Positions 18,301 to 27,870 are shown, counted from the first letter of the stretch. The stretch is DNA of 56,380 nt from a virus (IMGVR_UViG_3300027708_000088:1-56380); one strand, 5' to 3'. A program made the numbers and translations. Notes: a model not told the origin generated them from the letters alone.

Positions 18301-20466
18301 GTGGGTTGGTACAACCGTGGCCCGAATACGCAGGACGGCCATATGGCCGTCACGCTGCCGGATGGTGTGCATGCGGAGATGGGTGGCGGTCACGGATTCC
18401 TGCTTGGCCCTGGTGCGGCCGGCGCAGAATCGGGTCAGTTCGATCACCACATGTATCTGCCGATTGCTGGCTTTCAGGGCGCTCCTACGTCTGCTGGCGG
18501 CAATTCTGATACATCTGGTAGCCCATACTCCAGTGACGGGTCTACGGGCGGCTTAGGCGGCTCTAGTGGCTCAGGTGGATCGGGTGGCTCGGGCGGTTCC
18601 GGTGATCAGGGTATCGGCATGAGCTATGACCCGATGTCGCAACTGTCGGGCGGTTTCACTCTGCAAAATATTGCGAAGTTCGCGACGATGATGTTGGCGA
18701 ACGCCGCGCTGGGCAATCCGATTGGAAGGATGGCTGTCGCCCGTAACAGTCGCGGCGCTATGGGCGGCATCATGGGTGGCGGCGGTAGCGCCGTCGATGT
18801 CGATTCCATGATTGGCGATCTGCCGGATACTGCTGACATTCCGTTTGACAAGGCGGTGATGCGCGCGCAGACCGCGAAGGCTACGGCTGAGAAGCAGGTC
18901 GGTAAGTATGGGCAGGATTCCCCGCAGGGGATTAAGGCTTTGAATGCTTACAAGTCTGCCCTTGAGTCTGTGCAATCGGCTGACGCCCGTAGGGATAAAG
19001 CTCTTGATTCTCAAACCACTAAAGCTGGCACTCTGAGTGACAAGCTGCAAGTGCTGAATGAGAAACTTGCGGAGCAGACAAGCTCACCTAAGACGAAGCA
19101 GTCCACGATTCAATCGACGTTGAATCAGATTGATCAGACGCGAGAGAAGTTGGGTAATTTGCCGGCGGCTGCAAAGTCTGCCGCGCAGGGAAGTAACTCT
19201 TACTTCAAGGACGCTGTTGAGGGTTTGACTCCGTTGTCTGACTTCATTGGTGGCGGCGGCGGCTTGAGTCCGGTGTTTAAGCGTAACGGTGGTGGCGGTG
19301 CCACTCCCGATATTGCTCCCAAGGACACGGGTGGCACGGTGCGTGATACGCCACCGATGTCTCGTAGCTCGTTGGACAAGTTGCATGACTCGCCAAGTGT
19401 GGGCACGTTGCCTAATGTTCCACCGGGCCAATTGAACAGTAGGTCTACTGCGACGGTTGGCGGCGGCGGGAGTTTCCCTGGCACGTTGCCGGCCGTTTCA
19501 CCGGACCAGTTGAACAGTAGGTCTACCGCTGCGGTTGGTGGCGGCGGCATGTTCGATAAGCCCGGTCCTGTCATTGGAGATGCTCCGTATGCGGGTATGC
19601 GGGACAGTAAGTCCAAACCGCCTGATACTTCTGGTTTGAAGAATCCTGGTATTGCACCACCAATGGGTTCCGATCCGGCCACGATGAACGCCTATAAGCA
19701 AGCTCAAGCCAATTCGTTGCGCGCCGCTTTTGCTCCTGCTTCTCCCGCTCCTGGCGTCAACGCTGCCGGTTCTGGCAGTCGCCCTGGCGCTCGGGGTGGG
19801 CGTGGCGGCAATGCGCTCGGCAGCAATGCTGTTGTTGGCGGCGGTGCCGCTACTCGCGGTGTCGGCGGCGGGATGGCTCCTGCTCCTGTGTCTTACGGCT
19901 CAGGTGCCGGTGGACCGGCGAAGGATTCGTCAAAACAGATGACGGGTGGTTCTGGTTCAGGTTTCAGTATCTCCGGTGGCATTTTAGGAACTGCCGAAAA
20001 TTTGATTTCTACTGCGGCCCAAGCTGGCGCGACAGCGGCTGGAACTGCTGCCGGCGGTCCTGCTCTTGGTATGGCGGCGGGTAAGGCAGCCGACATTGCA
20101 ACTCAAGAGTTGAATCGGGCGGTTGGGTTCGCCGGCCAAGTAGCTGGTATCGCCGTCGATGGCTTGCTGGAAACTTTCGGGTTGAGTGGTTCTCCAATTG
20201 CCGATCCAGGTAAGTCGCTGCTAGGCAAGATCGCTGGCGGCTTCGCCGGGGCACATCCAGTTTCGGCTAACAGTGCTGGCGCTACGGCACCACCATTGAA
20301 ACCGGAGGAAAACAAGGACAAGCCGCAAGATAACAAGATGAATGCACAACAGGGCGCTGCGCCGCTAGTGCATATCGAAAACATGAACAACCATCAGGCT
20401 GACGGCCAATCGGTTGGAAAAGACATTTCGCGCCAGTTGATGGCGGCTGCGCCTAACGGTCGCTAA
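15361..20466 (+). CDS. Tape measure protein with internal NlpC/P60-like domain
   Basis: 1701 aa, Ala-rich helical, TP901-type core, HADGGPIVGPG..KDSV motif, DCSG...GHMA catalytic-like segment. Confidence 0.95.
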   Translation: MSDKGIFLDILPRFDMAAAAAIVTKVQALFKKAGVESSMAFGAGAEAGLKGLQAELIRTESVASASYAKMRKATGDYQIAEARINELRAKNVEATSARMIAAQRRYEAALTNGMRLNKDYALAQAAATDASAAVAAKQTAMADTAVVAGTRMNNVGMIATGALGLIAASSVGAAGKYEASLTRIKVATGESADQIKALGDGMLQLAPQVGYSAQELQNAAYILAKAGFKDAKDQLVILKAAAQLAKVEGADLKDTMDGLTTTMVDFHVPAGKAADVASQLQFAIGASKVPIDQFMGALHNFEPLMKVIADKGLDASTAIAQVGVAMAQMTQNGTGADQASQNLRNTLLHLIDANGPQRNMLGAMGFKPDELSRELSDPNFGMLGVMQKVAAGVAAQANDSGLIVMDTMYKNAQATEDLKVKYDLLTGASKDYADQLNNGINPGMKDLHAQKELDPLLAQWDSARKKVEGYSDTLNKNKDIVQTVSQVMKSITGTDQGMLVFSQLFGDEAASKKTMALYEEAKKARAEANGDVHDFGDVKDTYQFKLDAAKGAWHSLTVEIGTTFLPVAKNAMDVLGAIAGFLGRHETLLNVVIKAVEILSARWVLMKAALVLDPIFAAMGVGFGKVLSVANKTFKDIWYSSEIAYSKMTTAAVTSANESAVAAEGSATKQMAAQDKVAVNAEVASGKGTVAVVAAAEKQAVAQETVTVAANTTNVAVGAGRAEAAAVGAVGVEAAAAKEVIAEREVGAAAVTANGALGGLLAGGKGLAGLAGLMVVPEILPSDGSRADNAVNMAAGASWLLGPEVGIPATAAAALINTPGGETNKGRNAAQATGGGTAAHADGGPIVGPGSKGKDSVLMWGAPGEHVWTAEEVDAAGGHAAMYAMRAGVRGQIQGYEDGGAPGGSPGYGNMSTLSQWLSQFQGGRYNNASGDDCSGIASQIINVAMGQAPLASRMTTRTAGPWLAAHGFRNGYKGAGAINVGWYNRGPNTQDGHMAVTLPDGVHAEMGGGHGFLLGPGAAGAESGQFDHHMYLPIAGFQGAPTSAGGNSDTSGSPYSSDGSTGGLGGSSGSGGSGGSGGSGDQGIGMSYDPMSQLSGGFTLQNIAKFATMMLANAALGNPIGRMAVARNSRGAMGGIMGGGGSAVDVDSMIGDLPDTADIPFDKAVMRAQTAKATAEKQVGKYGQDSPQGIKALNAYKSALESVQSADARRDKALDSQTTKAGTLSDKLQVLNEKLAEQTSSPKTKQSTIQSTLNQIDQTREKLGNLPAAAKSAAQGSNSYFKDAVEGLTPLSDFIGGGGGLSPVFKRNGGGGATPDIAPKDTGGTVRDTPPMSRSSLDKLHDSPSVGTLPNVPPGQLNSRSTATVGGGGSFPGTLPAVSPDQLNSRSTAAVGGGGMFDKPGPVIGDAPYAGMRDSKSKPPDTSGLKNPGIAPPMGSDPATMNAYKQAQANSLRAAFAPASPAPGVNAAGSGSRPGARGGRGGNALGSNAVVGGGAATRGVGGGMAPAPVSYGSGAGGPAKDSSKQMTGGSGSGFSISGGILGTAENLISTAAQAGATAAGTAAGGPALGMAAGKAADIATQELNRAVGFAGQVAGIAVDGLLETFGLSGSPIADPGKSLLGKIAGGFAGAHPVSANSAGATAPPLKPEENKDKPQDNKMNAQQGAAPLVHIENMNNHQADGQSVGKDISRQLMAAAPNGR
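19402..19548 (+). repeat. Two-copy 78-nt tandem repeat in tape measure gene
   Basis: GTLPNVPPGQLNSRSTATVGGGG / GTLPAVSPDQLNSRSTAAVGGGG; GGCACGTTGCC at 19402 and 19480. Confidence 0.85.
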
Positions 20467-20477
20467 TTGCGCCGTTG

Positions 20478-20510
20478 AAGGTGGGCCTACCTAACGTGTA
20501 GGCCCACCTT
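20478..20510 (+). terminator. Stem-loop after tape measure gene
   Basis: AAGGTGGGCCTAC / GTAGGCCCACCTT perfect 13-bp stem with 7-nt loop. Confidence 0.7.
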
Positions 20511-20537
20511 TGGTATCTAAACGGAATTGAGGTTCGG

Positions 20538-22532
20538 GTGGCGGTAACGTATTCCCTGCGTGGGCAAGTCATTACTCCTTGGTCAGGTTCGACCGCATGG
20601 ACTTTAGGTTCGTTCTGCTCCAATAACGGAAACCTGTATGTGTGCATTACGGCGGGAACTTCAGGTTTCGCTGTCGGCCCTATGGGAACTGGTCCGTCTA
20701 TCAAAGACGGGACAGTGGTGTGGCAGTACTACGCTGTCAATGTTTCCTATCCTTCCGGTACGATCTCCACGCTGGGAAAGAATCTAGCTATTGAGAATCG
20801 GGCACCACACATCACCTATGTCGGCCCCAACGGAACAAAATTCTATTTGGCCGGCCCGTTAGCTGCTACTCCTGGGGCGCAGACGGGTGTCGTTTTGCAG
20901 CACATTACGGGTTTAACTCCACCGTTCCGACACCTCGACAATCAGGGCGCTCGGCAAGACGGCACTACTTGGACTGACACGCTTTACGAACCCGGCGAGA
21001 TCGACATGGTTCTTGAGGCTTCGGGTTTGGCGGCTGCTGACATACGCGCAGCACTGCGCTCATGGCAGGGCGCATGGAATCCGAAAGTTCAGGGCCGGCT
21101 GAGTGTCTTCACGCCAGAGAATGGCGAATGGTGGGCGCGCGTTCGACAAATGAAAAACTTTGGCGATCCGATCACCTACTCGCATGAAAATTACGGCGGT
21201 CAGCAATTCACATGGGCTGCCCGTAACGATGATTCTTTTTGGGAATCTTTCGACTCTGTTTCCTCATTCAAAATGAATCTCAAAAACTCCATTGACTCGT
21301 TCAGCGGTTCCGCTAACGTGTCCAGCCTGGGTTCTAACTGGACGCAAACGTATTACTACAAAGACGTTAATGGAAACAGATCGCAAAACACATCCACGGT
21401 GATGGGTTATTGCGGGTTGGACGGTTCGGGTAACGCCCATTGGACGAGCAACGGGGTTACCGCTCGCGAGGTTGTCAATCGTTACGCTACGGGTTCATCG
21501 ACAGACTATCAAATGATTTCGGTAGCTTTCAATGCGCCTGTAGCTTTCGATTTTTGGGGCGGCGTCTACATTGATATTTGGGGCCGGATGGATTCATTCG
21601 GTAACGGTATACGCGCACGCATCGGCGGTAATGGCCTGATTGATGAGGTTATTCTTTCTCGGTTCACTAACGGAGCTTCCGGCGTGAATCCTACCGAAAC
21701 TGTGATGCATCGTCGGCCTTTACTTGTTGGCCCGTTGTGGAATGAAAAGTGGACGTTGTTGTGTGGCACAACTAGCGGTGCCCGTAATTTCAAGATTCAG
21801 CGCGGCGACGGTTTCACTGTGGTTGATTGCGACGAGATTGGAACTAGCTCTCAGATCGCAAACACTAGCCGGGGCTGGGGTTTCGGAATGGCTGCCGGCC
21901 CTGCCCAATCTTTCTCGCCATTAAATCTGAGCAAAGCCACCCAGGTTGCGCCGCCCGACATCCATGAGTGGTCGGCCGGCGACAACCTCACGGTGACACA
22001 AAGCGGAACAGTTTCTTTGCTTAATCGCGGCGACGTTGAGGCATGGCCGAGGTATCTGCTCTACGGACCTGGCACCTTCACCATCGGTGACGGGCCAAAC
22101 GGTAAGCCAGTCACCTTCGGCCCGTTGCTGGAAAACCAGCTTGTCATGTTGACAACCCTGCCGAGACTTCGCGGCGTCACTGACCTATCAAAAACGTCTT
22201 TGAACCAAAAAGTGGTGGACGGCACGATTGTTCCATTAGCCATTCCCAGCAACAATCTAACCAAGTTCCAAAGTCTAATCAAGGGTGTCATTGACTTTGC
22301 AACAAACAATAATGTTCCCCCCCTGCTTGAAAACTTTGAGTCACTGTTCGGTATTTTGCCGCCGCAGGGTCCGCTTTACTCTTTGCTAAACGGGAGGTTT
22401 ACTAAATCCCTTCCCGCTAAGGACAACGATTCTTACGCTTTGGTTCAAAAAATCACGGTGACCATAGTTGATGGTAATGCCGATTCTAAGATCGTCGCGG
22501 CTGTCACTCCGAGAAGAACATGGCCGATGTAA
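20538..22532 (+). CDS. Minor tail protein (distal tail/Dit-like with inserted lectin-like domain)
   Basis: First gene after tape measure; QGARQDG.TW, NRGDVEAWPRYLLYGPG motifs of mycobacteriophage Dit. Confidence 0.8.
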   Translation: MAVTYSLRGQVITPWSGSTAWTLGSFCSNNGNLYVCITAGTSGFAVGPMGTGPSIKDGTVVWQYYAVNVSYPSGTISTLGKNLAIENRAPHITYVGPNGTKFYLAGPLAATPGAQTGVVLQHITGLTPPFRHLDNQGARQDGTTWTDTLYEPGEIDMVLEASGLAAADIRAALRSWQGAWNPKVQGRLSVFTPENGEWWARVRQMKNFGDPITYSHENYGGQQFTWAARNDDSFWESFDSVSSFKMNLKNSIDSFSGSANVSSLGSNWTQTYYYKDVNGNRSQNTSTVMGYCGLDGSGNAHWTSNGVTAREVVNRYATGSSTDYQMISVAFNAPVAFDFWGGVYIDIWGRMDSFGNGIRARIGGNGLIDEVILSRFTNGASGVNPTETVMHRRPLLVGPLWNEKWTLLCGTTSGARNFKIQRGDGFTVVDCDEIGTSSQIANTSRGWGFGMAAGPAQSFSPLNLSKATQVAPPDIHEWSAGDNLTVTQSGTVSLLNRGDVEAWPRYLLYGPGTFTIGDGPNGKPVTFGPLLENQLVMLTTLPRLRGVTDLSKTSLNQKVVDGTIVPLAIPSNNLTKFQSLIKGVIDFATNNNVPPLLENFESLFGILPPQGPLYSLLNGRFTKSLPAKDNDSYALVQKITVTIVDGNADSKIVAAVTPRRTWPM

Positions 22533-22554
22533 GACATGATTGAGGGGACGCTGA

Positions 22555-24252
22555 ATGGAAAACTCTTCGTCGGGGAAAGCTAAACTTACCACTGAAGAAC
22601 AGACCGCCCTGGACAGTAATCTACATTTCAGTGATTACATGGCGGCAACTTCTCCGGTAGTCCATCAAGTTTTGGATCACGCCGAGATTCCAGAAGTTGT
22701 CATAACCGTATATAGCAATAGATATGATCCCATTGCGGAAATCAATGATCACATTTCTGTGTCCGCAGATTTTACCCGTAACGCAATTGATGCGGCTACG
22801 ATTGTGCTGAAGTCTACCGATCCTGCTGTGGCATTAATTATGCAATGCCATGAAACTGTTGTCCCAATCACTATTCAGATTGGGACGATGCGATGGTCTG
22901 GCAGAGTAGATAACTTTGACTATGCGATGGTTAATGACGTTCGTACCGTGACGGTGCAATGTATGGGCGATTTTGCTTGGTTTTCTAAGATTATGGTTTG
23001 GCCTAATTTTCGGCTGCCGCTTCAATTTCAATATCCGACGCGAGCCTTGTTTATTGGTCCCGCAATTACCTGTATCAAAACTGTGATTAGCGAGCAAAGT
23101 TTCAGGTTGCAATCCGGCATATGGGAATTTGTCAATAATTTGTTGTCGTACAATTTTGATCCGCAATCTTGGGCCGGCACCTATTTGATGAGTGACGGCC
23201 ATCTGCTGGACATGCTGAAGTACCCTATCGTGGTGGTCCCAACGAATCCTCTTTTGGATACCTCAAAATTTGTTTCTTTCAACGGTCGCATGGATAAGAT
23301 TTCAACTATTGTTGAGCAGGTTCTTAAAGACAACGGTTTGGTTTTGTCTGCCGATTTGTGGCTTCCTGGTGATCCTCAGCCAGCCGGTTTGCGTGCCCAA
23401 TTAAAAACTCCAACAATTGTGGTTGATGTAAAGGATCGAAGCGGTCTTGTGGGGCCGACTGGCACGTTCCTCGACGGTATTTTGTCGAACTTTGTTGACA
23501 TTTTAGGTACTTTTGGGGATACGTTAAAGCCTTTCTTGAATCCAAAAAATGAGTATGCTCCCGAGGGTTTGAACATTGCACCTATTTTTGGTCTTAACTT
23601 TGTGAAGCCGTGGGTGTTGTTTCAGGATCATCCTCGTAGCGGTATCACTGAGTTTCATTTGTTTGGCAATCATCCGTTAGCGCACACGGTGATTGGTGGC
23701 GGTAAGTCGCCAAAATGGCTTAACGATTTGATTAATGCAACTTTCGAGTGGGCGATTGACGCTATATCCATTGCTATCGGAATTACTGGTGTTCCATCGG
23801 ATTTGCTTAATGGGACGCTGGACGATGTTATTTTAGCGTTTTCTCAGACTGAGAATTTTGAGCGCCGTAAGAAGCTCGGCCCGTATGGTTGGCCTGAATA
23901 TTTTGTGCAGACCGGGGCGTCGGCGTATACGCTGGATGAATGGTTTGCTTTGGCTGGCGCGATGTGGGATACGCGCGGTTTTCACGCTGTAACTTTATCG
24001 TTTGATAATGGCTTCCCTTATGCGCTGGGGAGGGATTTGTTTGTTGGTTCGATGGCGTCTTTCGCTATCGACGGTATGTTGTTCACTGAGTATGTGGAGA
24101 AGATCAGTTTTGTTGATGATCGTAATTCTCGCGCGAAGGTGAAGTGTGTTATTGGTGACGGTAAGCGGCACGATAATCCGATTGTAAAAATTCAGCGAAA
24201 TCTGGTGCATTTTGAGGAAGCGATCCAGATTATTACTTTGAGTGCTAACTAG
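22555..24252 (+). CDS. Minor tail protein (baseplate hub, Gp37-like)
   Basis: RWSGRV, LWLPGDPQP, IGGGKSPKWLN motifs; synteny. Confidence 0.85.
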   Translation: MENSSSGKAKLTTEEQTALDSNLHFSDYMAATSPVVHQVLDHAEIPEVVITVYSNRYDPIAEINDHISVSADFTRNAIDAATIVLKSTDPAVALIMQCHETVVPITIQIGTMRWSGRVDNFDYAMVNDVRTVTVQCMGDFAWFSKIMVWPNFRLPLQFQYPTRALFIGPAITCIKTVISEQSFRLQSGIWEFVNNLLSYNFDPQSWAGTYLMSDGHLLDMLKYPIVVVPTNPLLDTSKFVSFNGRMDKISTIVEQVLKDNGLVLSADLWLPGDPQPAGLRAQLKTPTIVVDVKDRSGLVGPTGTFLDGILSNFVDILGTFGDTLKPFLNPKNEYAPEGLNIAPIFGLNFVKPWVLFQDHPRSGITEFHLFGNHPLAHTVIGGGKSPKWLNDLINATFEWAIDAISIAIGITGVPSDLLNGTLDDVILAFSQTENFERRKKLGPYGWPEYFVQTGASAYTLDEWFALAGAMWDTRGFHAVTLSFDNGFPYALGRDLFVGSMASFAIDGMLFTEYVEKISFVDDRNSRAKVKCVIGDGKRHDNPIVKIQRNLVHFEEAIQIITLSAN

Positions 24253-24265
24253 GTAGGGGATTACT

Positions 24266-25387
24266 TTGGCAGGAATTGTGTGGACTGGTCAGGTGAATTT
24301 CACCGATTCCAGCGATGTGGGCACCACAGGTGTCGCCACTTTGACGTTGACACCGGACATCGGGGTGTCGAATTTGCCGGCTTTGGTGAATGGCACGCCG
24401 GGGTTACCGCCCAAGCTGCGTAATATTACGGTGAATCAGGTGACGGCTGGTCAAACTCCTTCGGCCTCGACGTTCAGCAAGGTTTCGGATGGCGGTCCTG
24501 GCGTAGCTTCGGAGTATGACCTAGTGTTGTATATCAATAAAGGCGAGAAGGGCGACACTGGCTCGACAACGATTACGTCAGCGTCGGACGTGACCGGAAC
24601 CTTGTCTAACGGTTACACGATTGCATACAACAGTGTGCAGTCGAAGTGGCTGATTAGCCCGACGTTGGCCGGCGACATTTATGCGCCAACTACCTACTCA
24701 TCCTATTCGGGGAACAGCAACCAGGCGACGTTGGCGACGTTGCAGATTCCGGCGCAGCCATTCGATTGGCGACCCGACGTAGACGGCTTCGCTCTCGTCA
24801 ATCCGACAAGCGGAGCGTCAACGAAGGTCGAATTGTATGCCTTGCTGAACAGCACGGTGAGCGGCGATACGGTCGGTATCGGCCCCGGCGTGGTGGGCAA
24901 CGGTTCTTTAGTTTCATTGCAGCGCGCGTTTGGTGGGACGATTAGCTCCACCGCAGCCTATGGCCGGGTGTATGCCGGTCAGGCTTGCACGTTGTATTTG
25001 GTGGCGAAGAACAACGGCGGCTACGACAACTGGTCAATCACCAACACCAATGTGAATTTCACGGTGAAGGTCAATCCGATTCCGGCTGTGTATGCGAAGC
25101 CGCTCACGCTGACGATCAATGGAAGTCCTACGGGCGGTACATTCACTCTAACTTATGGCGGTTACACCACCACAGCCATTAACCTGACTGACCCGCCAGC
25201 TACCGTTCGCTCCAAGATTGAGGCTTTAACTTCTGTTGGCACTGGCAACGTGACCGTCACATCATCGTCAACAAGCTCGCCGTACTACAACTACACGATA
25301 ACTCTGTCTAGCAACTTGGCGACTACCGGATTCACCGCTACAACATCATTCACGGGTGGAACTTCGCCAACAATTTCTTGGTCATAA
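24266..25387 (+). CDS. Minor tail protein
   Basis: IPAQPFDWRPDVDG motif; C-terminal GSPTGGTFTL module. Confidence 0.75.
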   Translation: MAGIVWTGQVNFTDSSDVGTTGVATLTLTPDIGVSNLPALVNGTPGLPPKLRNITVNQVTAGQTPSASTFSKVSDGGPGVASEYDLVLYINKGEKGDTGSTTITSASDVTGTLSNGYTIAYNSVQSKWLISPTLAGDIYAPTTYSSYSGNSNQATLATLQIPAQPFDWRPDVDGFALVNPTSGASTKVELYALLNSTVSGDTVGIGPGVVGNGSLVSLQRAFGGTISSTAAYGRVYAGQACTLYLVAKNNGGYDNWSITNTNVNFTVKVNPIPAVYAKPLTLTINGSPTGGTFTLTYGGYTTTAINLTDPPATVRSKIEALTSVGTGNVTVTSSSTSSPYYNYTITLSSNLATTGFTATTSFTGGTSPTISWS

Positions 25388-25399
25388 AGGAGGTGTCGG

Positions 25400-27478
25400 G
25401 TGACTTCTCCGATAACCCCAGACCCGAGTATCCATAAAGTTCCACTTTCGCAGCAAAAGGCTCAAACTCTCACACCGTATGAAACTCAAAAGTTTCAGCA
25501 GTGGGGTACGAATCTTCTAAACGCTATTGTCAGTAAAGTTGTTCATATCATTACTTTCGGGATTATTCCCGAGGGTGCTGTCAACGGGGCTTTGACAAAC
25601 TTGGAGAACTGGTGGGGCGGGTTCCTTAACGATGTGCATAGCGCATTGACGTGGAAACCTAACCTTCCCACTACCACGGTTTCAACGAACACTAGGGTCA
25701 GCGATGTCGCTGATGCCGCCAGGGGTACGCGCCGCGATGCCACTAGAGGAATCACCGATTTGGTTCCGCAGAGCCGACTTCCAATTATTCCGGTGTCCCA
25801 TATCGCGGCGGCTGACTCGACGGCCAACCTTCTCGTCGGGGGAGGGTTCGATAATGCCGCGAACTTGGATTATTTGAGCAGCTACGCCTGGGATGGCACG
25901 GTGGGCAGGACGGGCGTCGGTTCGGCGAAGGCCACTGGCAACGGCTCTGCTCAAGCGTTGTTCTCTAATTCGATTGATGCGTATGCCGGCCAGTCTTTCA
26001 CTTTGGGCGGCTGGGTTAAGTGGTCTGGTGTTTCCGCGACAGGCGCAGCGTTTTCCGTTTCGGTATCAACCTATCTAGGTTCGACGTTGGTTGGCACAAC
26101 CGTTTTAGGTTCGGTGAATAACCCGGCGGCGTCGGGTGGCTGGGTGAACCTGGCGGGAACGTACACAGTTCCCTGCGTGCAGTCAGTGATCGTCAACGGT
26201 TCCCCTACGGGCGGCTCGTTCACACTGAAATTCAACGGGGCGACTACGGCACCGATTGCCTACAACGCAACTGCTGGGGCTGTCCAATCGGCTTTAGAAG
26301 CTCTTAGCTCTGTCGGCCCCGGCAATGTTTCGGTGACGCTAACCAGCAATGTGTATCGAGTGACTTTTTCAACTTCGGTGTCTGGCGGTCAAACCGCTAT
26401 GACTCCTGCGGTGACTTTTACTGGCGGGACTTCCCCTTCGGTAACATCCTATGTTTCGGCAACCGTCGATAACATTCGACTCAAGTTGTCGGTGAATGCT
26501 TCGGTCACGGCCGGCACGGTGTGGTGGGACGATCTGACAGCATTCAAGACCGGCATCTTGGACGGTGTGTTGGTTTCTGGCTTAGGAACAACCACCGGCT
26601 CCATCATTGATGATCTTCAAGGCGCAATTGACGGTATCCATCAAGGTGTTAATGGTGGCACCGACACCGGCAATGTTCTTAGTTCGGTGAAGTCAAATCT
26701 GAATACGGTGAAGTCTTTTTCCACTAATCTGCAAACGTCTTTGATTCAGGGCTATCAAGTGGTCACCATCTCGTCGAGTGTCCCTTGGGTTGTTCCTGCC
26801 GATATTTCAGAGATTTATGTGGCTTTGTTTGGTGGCGGCGGTAAGGGATCGCAGGGCAGCGGAGGAACTTCTTCACCGCAGGCTGGTGGTTCCGGCGGGG
26901 TTGCCGGCGGTTTCATCTCTCAGCAATTAGACCCTTCCGTTTTAACCGCTGGTTCAAGTGTTGCCTGCACTGTCGGAATGGGTACTTCGGTTGGCGGTCA
27001 AGACACGTCCTTCGGCAGCTTTGTTTCTACTTCGTCGGCGTTCAAGGGTTACGTTGCGACTCCGCTCGGGCTTTTGCCTACTGGTGCTAGCGCAACGGCC
27101 GGCGGCAATGGTGGAGCCACCAATGCTTCTGGTGTTACGGCGGCAACCACAATCGTTGGGGTTGCTGGGGGATCGGGCGGCGCTTCTAGGTCAGGCAGTT
27201 TCAGTTCCGGTAATCCTGGCGGTTCCGGTAGCAACGGTCTTACTTTTGGTTTGTGCTACACCGGAGGTTCTGGTGGTGGCGGCGGCGGCGGTCTGCTGTC
27301 AAGTTATTACGGTGTTACTACGGGTGGCGCTGGCGGCTCAGGTGGTGTTCCCAGCGGTGGTGGCGGCGGCGGCGGCGGCTCAACAAATGCCACCGGAATT
27401 GGCCCCGGTACTGGTGGCCCAGGAGGCAACGGAGGGCAAGGAGTAATTCTCATCATCTATAAGACTGCGAGTACGTGA
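25400..27478 (+). CDS. Minor tail protein (carbohydrate-binding-like domain, Gly-rich C-terminus)
   Basis: RLPIIPVSHI, NLL..GGFD, GTVWWDD motifs. Confidence 0.8.
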   Translation: MTSPITPDPSIHKVPLSQQKAQTLTPYETQKFQQWGTNLLNAIVSKVVHIITFGIIPEGAVNGALTNLENWWGGFLNDVHSALTWKPNLPTTTVSTNTRVSDVADAARGTRRDATRGITDLVPQSRLPIIPVSHIAAADSTANLLVGGGFDNAANLDYLSSYAWDGTVGRTGVGSAKATGNGSAQALFSNSIDAYAGQSFTLGGWVKWSGVSATGAAFSVSVSTYLGSTLVGTTVLGSVNNPAASGGWVNLAGTYTVPCVQSVIVNGSPTGGSFTLKFNGATTAPIAYNATAGAVQSALEALSSVGPGNVSVTLTSNVYRVTFSTSVSGGQTAMTPAVTFTGGTSPSVTSYVSATVDNIRLKLSVNASVTAGTVWWDDLTAFKTGILDGVLVSGLGTTTGSIIDDLQGAIDGIHQGVNGGTDTGNVLSSVKSNLNTVKSFSTNLQTSLIQGYQVVTISSSVPWVVPADISEIYVALFGGGGKGSQGSGGTSSPQAGGSGGVAGGFISQQLDPSVLTAGSSVACTVGMGTSVGGQDTSFGSFVSTSSAFKGYVATPLGLLPTGASATAGGNGGATNASGVTAATTIVGVAGGSGGASRSGSFSSGNPGGSGSNGLTFGLCYTGGSGGGGGGGLLSSYYGVTTGGAGGSGGVPSGGGGGGGGSTNATGIGPGTGGPGGNGGQGVILIIYKTAST

Positions 27479-27852
27479 TGCCCGACGCGATAAGAATGGA
27501 TTCTGATGTGGCGCATTGGATTCCGGTGGCACGTCACTATCAAGTTGACGGCGGCTACCTAGTGGTGGTTGTCGCCAACTTCTTTACCGCTAAAGGTACG
27601 GACGTTTTTTATGCCGATGAAACGGCCGGCCCGATCAGCATGGAACCTATCGCACGATTCGCTGACGGTACGAGCCACGATGAAGCCCTAATAAATTTGG
27701 GTTACACGGTGGTTGACACGGTGGGCGTCGAGCAGCCGGCGGTCAATCCGACTCCCGATCCTGTTGCAGTTCAAGAGTCGGTGATGTCCATGCTTCCTGA
27801 ACCTATTGCGGCGATGGTGGCGACGGCAGTGAACGAGTTGCCCGAAACTTAA
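27475..27852 (+). CDS. Hypothetical tail-region protein
   Basis: TDVFYADE and HDEAL.NLGY motifs seen after mycobacteriophage minor tails. Confidence 0.65.
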   Translation: MMPDAIRMDSDVAHWIPVARHYQVDGGYLVVVVANFFTAKGTDVFYADETAGPISMEPIARFADGTSHDEALINLGYTVVDTVGVEQPAVNPTPDPVAVQESVMSMLPEPIAAMVATAVNELPET

Positions 27853-27870
27853 TACCGTAAGGGGGATCGC

